A stretch of DNA of 64,000 nt from Octopus bimaculoides (lineage: Eukaryota). This document shows positions 26,296 through 37,654 of this stretch, piece by piece; the first letter of the stretch is position 1, and every line of letters begins with the position of its first letter. The notes under the pieces are model-generated. The model did no database searches. It was not told the DNA's origin and worked only from the letters and a program-made list of their open reading frames with translations. The position numbers were made by a program, and so were the translations under genes. The stretch covers positions 55,470,851-55,534,850 of the forward strand of contig NC_068982.1 in NCBI RefSeq assembly GCF_001194135.2, written 5' to 3'.

Positions 26296-27107
26296 CAAGT
26301 TCTAGAGAGGAACGAAAGCGCTAATAATAATGAAGAAATAAAAGGATTTTTTTCCAAAATTCCGACGACTTTTTTCTCGGGGCTGGCCAGATTGGAGCAA
26401 TATCGAGAATAACCAGCCGAAATTACAAGGATAATCTGGATCTCGACTGAGGAAAGAAAACTCCCAATGACCTGTCCTTGTTTTCTTTGTATCGTCTATC
26501 TGGATGTTTTGTCCCTTTCTTGTATCACCTAACTTTCTGGATGTTTTTCGCCCTTGTCCCATTCTGTATTATTTATACATGTATATATATAGCGGCGTAC
26601 GTACACCTTGTCTCTTATATGTAAGTATACATCTTTCTAAATCTTGTATGACTCTATTTCTGTCTATTAGCCCCTTCACCCTTATTCGTTCCTTCCACTG
26701 TTCGTTCTTTCATTCCTCCTCGCTCACATTTCCTTGCCTTCTCTTCTTTCCCTCCACTTTTCCCTTCACTGTGTCCCTATTATTTTATCTCGCCCCTCCC
26801 TAATTCTTTTGTCCCTCTACCTCTCTCTCTTCTCTTCCTACGTGACCGGTGTTCGGCCAAGCGTGATCTTTCTTTTTTCGCCGGCCGTTTGCGTGCAACA
26901 TCGTTATTCCTCCCTGTGCCTGTGAAATCTTGTATTCCTGCCATAAAGCCTTATTTCCACACACGCCAGCTTAATTTAATTCGTCCTTAGTCGAAAGACA
27001 TCTGTTGTTATGTCCTGTTTTATTATTTTTATTGTATTTGTGTAACATTGTTCGTTTTTTTCCGTCCTTGTTTTTGTATACATTCGCTGCTTTCTTCCAA
27101 GGAATCT

Positions 27108-27169
27108 AAGAAATAAGAATCAAAATAGAAAAAAAGTATGATTCAATTTAAAGGGGTAAGTTGAGGCAT
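27108..27169 (-). pseudogene. atp8: atp8 5' fragment in NUMT
   Basis: MPQLTPLNWIMLFF begins at 27169 (TGA read as Trp). Confidence 0.9.
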
Positions 27170-27238
27170 GTAAAAAGTACTATACTATAGTAATTTAAAT
27201 TTGACAAATATATGTTATTGATTAACTAACTTTTTATC
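27170..27238 (-). tRNA. trnD: Mitochondrial tRNA-Asp pseudogene (GTC anticodon) in NUMT
   Basis: Lies between cox2 and the atp8 ATG; anticodon loop TT-GTC-AA on minus strand. Confidence 0.75.
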
Positions 27239-27239
27239 T

Positions 27240-27866
27240 GTTTATGTTTAATAATCAGTTGTTAAAAGTATTTATATTTAACGATTTCAAGTGTAATAGG
27301 TGTAAATGAGTGATTTACTCCACAAATTTCAGAACATTGTCCATAATATAATCCGGGCCGATTGGAGTATAAGTTTAATTGATTAAGTCGTCTTGGAATA
27401 GCATCTACCTTTACTCCTAGGGAGGGGATTGTTCAAGAGTGAATAACACCAGTGGATGAAATGATTATTCGAGTGTTTGTTTTTATTGGGATAATTAAAT
27501 GGTGGTCTGTTTCTAGTAGGCGGAATGAACCTTCGTTTAATTCATATAAAGGAATTATATAAGAATAATGCTTTGACTGTAAGAAGAGAGAGGGTTGATA
27601 GATTCATCTAGAAGATATAATAATTTAAAAGATGGAAGAGCAAGAAATAATAAAAAATTCTGGGAATGATTGTTTAAATTGTTTCGATTTGTCTTTCTGT
27701 AATTATTAATGAAGAAAATTTATTTGTTATTTGTAGGATTGTAATATATATTACTAGTGTTATGATAATTGTAAGAATAAAAAAAGAATGATCATGAAAA
27801 AAAATAAGTTGTGCTATAAGTGGTGAATTTGCATCTTGAAATCCAAATTGTCCTCCATTGGGTCAT
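27240..27866 (-). pseudogene. cox2: cox2 within NUMT (frameshifted, internally deleted)
   Basis: M.QWGQFGFQDANSPLMAQLIFFHDH; [23 protein letters not shown]; CuA motif [13 protein letters not shown]. Confidence 0.95.
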
Positions 27867-27877
27867 AATATATTTAA

Positions 27878-28520
<643 letters not shown>

Positions 28521-28624
28521 GCCCGTTAATTTTCATGGGTTCATGCACACCTTAACGAGTCTTGTTTTTTTAATGCTCCAGGTCCGACGACGCACAAAAG
28601 TGACTTCATACATACATACATACA

Positions 28625-29183
28625 TACATACATACACACACACACATATATATGATATTATAAGGATATAGACACATATACATATATATATATATATGAG
28701 TACATATACGTATATATGTGCATATATAGCCATGAATATATGAGTGTATATAAATATGTGTGTGCGCGCGTGCGTGTATATACTCAGTATATACTATTGT
28801 AACAGTATTTTGATTCTTCGTTACAAGTTACTCTAGAATATACCTATTGATTTATTACCCAAAGCAGTATGCAGCAACGAATCTAAACAATACATATTTA
28901 CAGTATGTTCGTGGACATAAAAAGATGAAACGGCTGTACACACATTCTAATACAATTCTTCTCGAGAGTTCACAAGCAGCTGTGCACTCTTTTTAACTAT
29001 CCAAGAACACACGGCTCATAAACTATTATTTAGAGGCAAAGTAATTTACTTAACCCTTTCCTGGTAGCTACCGTATTTCTCAGCGTCGCGTCCTCGAGGA
29101 TGCACCCTAATTTTGACAACAAAAATTTGAAAAAAAAAAGAATAAATAACTAAAATATAAAAATAAGGTTCCGGCACTTCGGG
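28625..29183 (+). repeat. Local direct duplication, copy 1 (copy 2 at ~33235-33762)
   Basis: ~550 bp near-identical sequence about 4.6 kb apart, ending at GGCACTTCGGG. Confidence 0.9.
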
Positions 29184-31186
29184 TCTTGTTACCTTCACAG
29201 ATGTAATGAAAAAAATACAAAACATCACTAACCTCCAGCATGTCACTTAAAATGTTCCTAACATTTATTTTGGCTGTTCGTCTAATACGTATTTGCGTTA
29301 TCCCTTACGTTGGCTAACCGTGACTGTCTTCCGTTGTAACCCCACACTCGCACCTGTAAAACTAACAAAAGGCAGCACACACCTACCTTAACAATTTGTT
29401 TTTCTGGGACCGTCAGTACAGAGACATAATATGGTAAGTTTATTCTCAAAGTTTATGTCTACCGTTATGTACCCACTGTAATAATGTAATTACACTACAA
29501 CAGGGATGAATTCAGAGGGGGATAGGGGGATGCAGCCCCCACCACTAACCAAGAAACTTTTCAAATGTGAGTGTTTTGTTTAAATATGTATGATGGAAAA
29601 CATATTTTTGAAGCAGCAACAAACAACGCTTGAATGGTTCAGTATAGAAATTAATTTTTTCAGTATCTCTTAACATATATTATACTGTCATTTCATTGAT
29701 CAATTGCAATGAATCAGACCTCAGCCCCACACCCTACCAAAAATTTTTGGATCCACTCCTCCACTACGATACTCCAGTTCAACTATTCACTGTTCGGCCC
29801 AGCAGTGATTTTTATCTTCATCAGTGTTTCGTCAGGAAGGTTCTTGGCCAATAGTGTCTCAGTTCATGCAAGTGGATGAGGCTACAGCTGGTGCAGTATT
29901 TTAAGATTTTGGTAGTATTGCATGCAGACTTATTACTTTACATTTTTTTGTCCCAGACAAAGGAAAAACTAAACTCCACAATAGGAAAATTGTTGTAAGA
30001 AATACGAATAAAATTTTTATTGCACAGTTACACTTTGTAAAAATACCACATGAACATAACATCCCAAATAGAACAAAAAAAATGATATAATGATTATAGT
30101 AAAATCTACTCAATAAAAAACATTTCAATCATAAAATCCTGGAAATATTTTGCTTATTGCTACCATTTATAGAAGTACTACACAAGCATGACATCCCAAA
30201 TAGAATAAAATAAAAACAGAATAGAGATTAAAATCTGCACAGTTGAAATATTACAAGTAAGAAAACATTTTAATCTTCAAATCGTGAAAATATTTCACGT
30301 TATTACTACTTGTAAAACTTTCACACGGCCATGGCAAAACAAACTCAATGTACATATTGTCTGGATTCTAACATAAGGGAAAACATTTATTTCAAGAAAT
30401 GGCCGCAGTCTAATAACTGCAACAAGTAAAAATAAGAAAAATTCTGGAGTCAATACATTCGACTAAAAATTCTTCAAGGTGGAGCCCCAGCAGAGCCAGT
30501 CTAATGACTGAAACAAGTAAAAGGTGAAAAAATTCCAATCTATGAAAAGTTTCTGTTCTACAATATTCTTAAAGGAACGAAAAATTATCCAGCAACTCGA
30601 GCTAATACGAACGAGCTTGGTAGGTGTAAAAGACTAACTAGCATATCTTGTCAAGAGTACAGGTGACAATGAGATCGCTAATGTTTGTTGTGCACTCCGT
30701 TGCCGTTATTTGATTGTTGTTATCCTGTGCATCTATGTTTAAAGATCAGCTGTGTTTTGCTGAGTTGCTTTATTTTTACCCTTAACTTAGAAATGGAGAA
30801 AGACATAGTGCTAGTTATAAAAAATAAACCATTTGGGGCTAGAAATGAAGCGGGAAAACGTGAAATTCTTCGAGCAAGCACGTGCCTTATGTGAAATTTG
30901 TGATGAGCACGAGTGATGTTGATGACTTGGAGTCGCCTCTGATGTCTATCTATCTATCTATCTATCTATTTATCTATTTATCTATAAATATAATTTAAAT
31001 AATAAGGGTGAAAAATTGAATATTAATTTGATTAATATCAATTTAAAACCAGTGGCCTAGCATATTGAAAAATCTGAAGATGCAGAAAAATTATATTACA
31101 TACACATAAGAGGGATGACCACTAAGTGGACATCCATTATGCTAGAAGACCACCTATGATCTGACTACTAAGAAAAGATTGTTCTG

Positions 31187-31741
31187 AAGAAAATTCTGCA
31201 AACGCCAGAACGTAAGCGAGCAAGTCAAATGAAAAGCTACAAAATACAAAGATTAATCACAAATCGGTTTCGTTGTTACCACTTATGTAATTACTTACGT
31301 AATTGTCCGCAACTCATTAGTGTGATCGTCATAGCAATATAATTTGCAGAACTATACACGAGACGTCCGCATGAGATTGAATGTGTATATAGTTCAACCA
31401 ATTACATTTGGAGTTATATTTCAAAAGTCTTCGTTTTGGTGCGCCAAATACCGGAAATAATTCTGCAGAAAATAATTCGCGGCAGAGAATTTTGCCGGTT
31501 AGAGATCAAAACGAAGACTTGAAATATAACCCCAAATGTAATTGGTAGAACTATGTACATGTTCAATCTCATGCGGACGTCTCGTGTATAGTTCTGCAAA
31601 TTATATTGCTATGACGATCACACATGAGTTGCGGACAATTACGTAAGTGGTAACAACGAAACCAGTTTGTGATTAATCTTTATATTTGCATTTTTTCATT
31701 TGTCTTGTTCGCTTATGTTCTGGCGTTTGCTGAATTTTCTT
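31187..31741. repeat. Long palindrome / foldback element (~250-bp arms)
   Basis: 31187-31440 is the reverse complement of 31505-31741 with a few indels. Confidence 0.92.
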
Positions 31742-33189
31742 GAGTAGTAAGGAGTCATGTCTTCTGTTATTCTATTCTACTTATTTGTTTTCGAATGAAT
31801 ATATTTTGTTTACTTAAAAATTGGAATTTTGAAAAATAAAAGTTTTTGTTTTTACAACCGCGATTTCCGTTTTTGTTTATGTGAAATTATATAAATTTTT
31901 TTTTTTTAAGATTTGGCTGTTATTTCAAGCATGTGGCGCGATCTTCTAGGCTTAACTTCATGTGCTGGTTGAAAATCACGTAAAAATGATTCTGGGATCG
32001 ATACATTCAACTAAAAATTCCTCGAAGTGATGCCCCAGCATGGTGACAGTCTAACGACTGCAACAAGTAAAAAGAAAAAAATGACAAAATAATCGAAAAA
32101 TGTAACCGTCGGGCTTTTGTCCGAAAAGCTTTTGTCCGTGAGGCTTTTGTCCGTGGCCGCTTTTGTCCAGATCCCAGGATAAACACACCTCTTATTTTTG
32201 TGATAAATGTGCTGACCGATTACATCAACATACCCACCCGTTTTTCCCCGTTAAATTTAGGAACTATGATTTCAATGTGGTAAATATGTAAAGATGTGCA
32301 AATTATGCGTAATTTAAGAAATGGTGGCGAGTGAAAATTTTGTTAAAAAGAATTATAATTCTATCTACTAATGACTACGTCCTTCCACCCCGTTATTCAA
32401 GTTTATATACCCTAATATTAGACCATTTTATATTGTCAATATATAGTGAAAACGTATAATTTTATTTACAAACTTTCCCTTAGTTAGGTTGCCTGGTCAG
32501 AAGCACAAAATAAAAAAAGGAGTAAAAGAATGGTAATGGATTATTAGTTGGTGATTTAAACTCATTTCCCCTGCCCAGTAAAATGGAATGTAACCACATC
32601 CCGATGTACATAGTTTGCGACGAATTAAAATATGCGCTCAGGCAGGTGATGATGGAATAGCGACAGAAAAATGCAGGTCATTAAATATTGTTCGCAAATA
32701 TTAGTAGTCACCTAAAGATTCCATTATTGTTCAGTAATTATTGTAAAATTTGAATAGTTACATTAACAGTAGTTGACTACTAAGTTCAAGAAACGTCGTT
32801 GGTTACGTAACGCAAAATATTTCCAATATGAAAATTAGAAGTACAAGCCAACATTTACCGGAAGAAAAAGAACAAAAAGATAACATTTCAAATCATCCCA
32901 TTTGTAACTTGCCCATATATGTAAGATTCTCTAAGATCAGTGTTCTTAACCAAAGATTTCTAGACACACCTTTACAAGTGTTCCCTAAATTCTTTCTTCA
33001 TAACTATCAGAAAAATGGATATTTTTAAACAGAATTTTCTAGAAATACATATCATGGTGGAATAAATTATGAGTATTTATAGAATTTAATGAGAAAAACA
33101 AATTGGTGGATGCGCATACATACATACATACATACGTACATACATACATACATACATATATACATAAATATATACATGCATGCATGCAT

Positions 33190-33245
<56 letters not shown>

Positions 33246-33996
33246 CATATTATAAGGATATAGACACATATACATATATATATATGAGTTCATATACGTA
33301 TATATGTGCATATATAGCCATAAATATATGAGTGTATATAAATATGTGTGTGTGCGCGCGGGAGCGGGCGTGTATATACTCAGTATATATACGGTAACAG
33401 TGTTTTGATTCCTGGTTACAAGTTACTCTAGAATATACCTATTGATTTATTACCCAATGCGGTATGCAGCAACGAATCTAAACAATACATATTTACAGTA
33501 TGTTCGTGGACATAAAAAGATGAAACGGCTGTATACACATTCTAATACAATTCTTCTCGAGAGTTCATAAGCAGCTGTGCACTCTTTTTAACTATCCAAG
33601 AACACACGGCTCATAAACTTAATATTTAGAGGCAAAGTAATTTACTTAACCCTTTCCTGGTAGCTACTGTATTTCCCAGCGTCGCGTCTTCGAGGATGCA
33701 CCCTAATTTTGACAACCAAAAATTTGAAAAATATTTTTAAAAATAAGGTCCCGGCACTTCGGGACTATATATANNNNNNNNNNTACTGAGAATTCAGAAA
33801 TAGCAGCCAAAGAACTACTGATTCCAAAACTACAAATTTTACTCTAAATTGATAGCGATATTTTTGATACACACAGAACAAAAAACAGTAGAGAAGAGTA
33901 AAAAAACCACTTGCCTTTAGTTAATTTAGTACGTGTTAATTATTAATTTTATTACTAATTGACGATTCCCTGCCCTGTATATCTATATATATATAT

Positions 33997-34039
<43 letters not shown>

Positions 34040-34049
34040 GATAGATATA

Positions 34050-35700
34050 AGCCTTACATCATGATAGGGAAGCTAAACCCGAGTCATAGAACCATCACAA
34101 CAAAAACGAATTCTCCAAAGGAGTATTCAAAACTAGGAAAATACCCCTACCAAATAGCCACCTAAAAGCCTTTGAAAATTAACTCTGGGATACAATTAAG
34201 AGTCTAAAATTCAAGCGACACCCACTAAGGAATGACAGCTACCAAAAGAACCTAAAAGACCTACTATATAAGCTAAAATCACAGAACGTAATTATTGTTC
34301 ACTCGGACAAAACTAGGAATTCTTACACGCTGGAAGTCAACTTATACCACCAACTGCTACATAAGGAAATCACTAAAAGATATAAATTAGCACCAGATAG
34401 CACCAAAGAAATTATGAATGACTACAACTTAGCGGACAAAACTGAACCCTTCATGCCATCCAGACCTCGCATCACTATAAAAGACCATAAACCTAACTTC
34501 CTAACCGATGCAAAAGTAAGATTAAATTGCCCAAATAAATAAGACATATGTAAATTAAGCAAACTAATACTCGATAAATACATCCCTAAGCTAAAAAGTA
34601 AAATAACCCTGGAATTATGGTCCAATACATATGAAGCCATTAACTGGTTCTCCAACATACAGAACAAGAGCAACTACAAATTCATACAGATAGACATTAC
34701 TCTTCAATTAACTCTATGATCCTCCATAGTGCCCTAATATATGCCAAAAATCACACACAATTGAACATGAAGGAAATAAATGTAATATTAGAAGCGAGGA
34801 AATCACTTATTAGCTTTGATAACAAACGCTGGGTACGTAAAGATACCCCTAACTCATTTGATATCACCATGGGAGCCCTAGATTCAGCACAAGTAACTGA
34901 CCTGGTAGGCATCTATTTGCTATCATACATGCAGGACGAATTCCCGGAACTCAAAGGCGGATTATACAAGGATGACGCTCTCTTCAGAATTAAGAAACCC
35001 TCAAATAAGAAACTAGAGCTTATCAAGAAAAAACTATATAAATTCTTCAAAACATTTGAACTATCTATCTCTATTGAAAAGGAACACACCTCAAATCATA
35101 GACAAACACATAAACGTTAATAATAAAAACAGAATTATTTAGGAATAAAATCAGAATAGGTCACAGTTTGACTAATAAATTAGCCACAATAATAGCCTCA
35201 ATGAATAATAAAAAAGAAACTTGACAAATTCTACGAAAGTAGAAAGATAGTGAACAATAAAAGTAATAACCGACCAGCCAACCAATTAATAGGACTAAGC
35301 CCCCCCCCACTAACGCAACGCCTCCTGCTAACTTAGGTACAGACCTGAATAATAATTCCCCCCCCCCCCNNNNNNNNNNNNNNNNNNNNNNNNNNNNNNN
35401 NNNNNNNNNNNNNNNNNNNNNNNNNNNNNNNNNNNNNNNNNNNNNCCCCCACAATACAACACGGACGTAGATACACCCAATTATTTATGCGGCTGTAGGG
35501 ATAGAACAAAGTACCATTTCTCAAATAGATGTAAGACAAATAACGTAGTTTACCAATGTGACGTCCGCAGAAACAACCAGACGAAATCATACATAGGTAC
35601 AACTAAGAACCAAATGATTCTGAGATATACGCATCTATCCAGCTTCAGAAACAGGAATAAGGCTAACTCAACAGGGTTAAGTGCATACATTATCCATTGG
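34050..35700 (+). mobile_element. Second Naiad-type Penelope-like element (different subfamily; gap inside)
   Basis: HLKAFEN; VHSDKTRN; ITIKDHKPNF; FDITMGALDSAQVTDLVGIYLL; YKDDA; CGCRDRTK..RCKTNNVVYQCDVRRNNQTKSYIGTT. Confidence 0.9.
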
Positions 35701-36947
35701 TAAAAAAATTATCACAATCTCAATTGGCTGTCTGAAAGAGCAATACTGGCTCAAATAGAAAACAGCACTGTCAGTAAAATTAATAAGCAGCTGTTGTAGT
35801 ACCTTCTTGGAAGGCCTCACATCTATAAGCCAGTTGATACAATCTCAGATCCAGAAGAGGTGGTAAATTATTCAACAGGATTTCTCAATTCGTTGGAGCC
35901 TCCAGGACTACGTCCCCACAGATTGGAACTTGAAGTGGGAACTCCTGTAATGTTATTGAGGAATTTCGATCCACCAACACTCTGCAATAGGACACGTCTG
36001 GTAGTAAGAAAGACGATGCCACATGTTGTCGAGGCCCCCATTCTCTCTGGAATTGAAAAAGGAGAGGATCTTTTCATATCAAGAATTCTTCTCATTCCAC
36101 TGGGAGCAGAAATACCTTTTCCATTCAGAAGAGTGCAATTTCCTATTCGCATCAGCTTCGCAAAGTTTATCAACAAATCCCAGGGTCAAACACTGTCTTG
36201 GAAGAGTCATTCTTCTCACATGAGCAATTAAATGTTGGCTGCTCTAGAGTGGAAAGCAAAAAAAATCTATTTGCAATTTGTTCCACGAGGGAAACAACGA
36301 ATATTGTTTACCGAGCGGTTTTGTAGGAATTACTACATCCTACGATGCGCTCCAGTAGGCAATTCTCTTTGTGAATGGTGAAGATGGATACCATTTCGGC
36401 ATAATACCAACAAACCCGAAGACTGCATCAACAAAGCAGTTTCCTGCATGGACTTCAGTATCAAAACATATTCTTCAATTACTCCCACCAGTTTATGTTT
36501 CTTATTCTACAGCAATCCAATGTCAGCCCTTCACCTTCTGCAGCATTTCAACAGTTCACTTTCCCGTTGCTGTCTCCCATTGCAGTCCCTTTCCGGAATA
36601 TACCCATTTACGTACAATATCTCCATTACACATACATTCATTCGACTATCAACCATACAATGGATCATGTTAGACGCAGCGCCAACCGCTACAAACGGGA
36701 GTATATCCACTGACAGCTTTTCAGTGTGTTCAAAAATCACATACACCCCACCCCCAATTTTTCATGACAGGTTAGGGCCTGGAATACTTCAAACGGACGC
36801 AAGATATGTCGTTTAGTTGAATTAGCCCATCATTTACTCCACAAATGTTTTGTTGTCAATGCTTTCCCATATCACATGTTTCAACATAACTAATATGTAT
36901 ACAAACTATGCCATTTTAATCCCGAGCAATGCCAGGCATTTCTGCTA
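35700..36947 (+). mobile_element. Helitron remnant: PIF1 helicase C-terminus, then a Rep-region fragment, then 3' terminus
   Basis: WLSERAILA; FLNSLEPPGLRPHRLELEVGTPVMLLRN; QFPIRISFA..INKSQGQTL; NGEDGYHFGI..VSCMDF; terminal CCCGAGCAATGCCAGGCATTTCTGCTAA. Confidence 0.88.
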
Positions 36948-37085
36948 ATACATACTAACACTCATCACATATATATCTACAAAATGAAACTTGAAACGTT
37001 GATAAAGAATTCATGTACGTGCCCAGTAATTATTTTGCCTGACGTTGAATACTGATATAATCGTAGACCTGTTTTTTTTTTTATG

Positions 37086-37158
37086 AAAGTCGTGAGGAAA
37101 TAAAGTCGTGAGGAAATAAAGTCGTGAGGAAATAAAGTCGTGAGGAAATAAAGTCGTG
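37086..37158 (+). repeat. 16-bp tandem repeat AAAGTCGTGAGGAAAT x4.5
   Basis: Direct reading. Confidence 0.95.
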
Positions 37159-37654
37159 CGGAGCACACAGGTATAAGTATACTAATATATCTTTTAACTT
37201 GTTTCAGTAATTTAGACTGTGGCCATGCTGAGATGCTGTGTTGAAGAATTTTAGCAGAACGAAGTGACTCAAGTGCTTATATTTTAAAACCTGGAGCTTA
37301 TTCTCTTAGTCTCTTTTGCCGAACCGCTAAGTTATGGAGACGTAAAGAATCAACACTGGCTGTCAAGTGCAGGTGGGCACGGACACACACACACACACCG
37401 TCGGTAAAACATAAATCCGAAAAAGAAACACACTCTAAGTTAAAGAGCAGTATATGATACAAATAAAGTTATATGAGGCCAGTTTATGGAATTACATTGA
37501 GTATCACATCCATAAAGCGCTAAGCATTAAGGCGTATCATCAGATCCAAAAGCCTATTTGCTTAAGGCTTCTGTTGCGAGTGGCCTCTCTAGAATGTGGA
37601 GAAGGCAAGGACCTCGCTACTCAATGTCAACAACAGGGGATTGGCTCCCTTTAG

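Noticed and set aside
26300-27105. Possible PLE-derived repeat with a ribozyme
   Set aside because: Looks repetitive, but no coding motif or hammerhead core could be assigned.
29790-29850. CTGACGA/CTGATGA on the minus strand
   Set aside because: No stem II-GAAA arrangement.
30550-30920. Possible hAT transposase fragment (FFEQARALCEIC)
   Set aside because: Only one short, weak motif; not enough support.
37086-37158. CRISPR-like array
   Set aside because: No spacers, and the context is eukaryotic.
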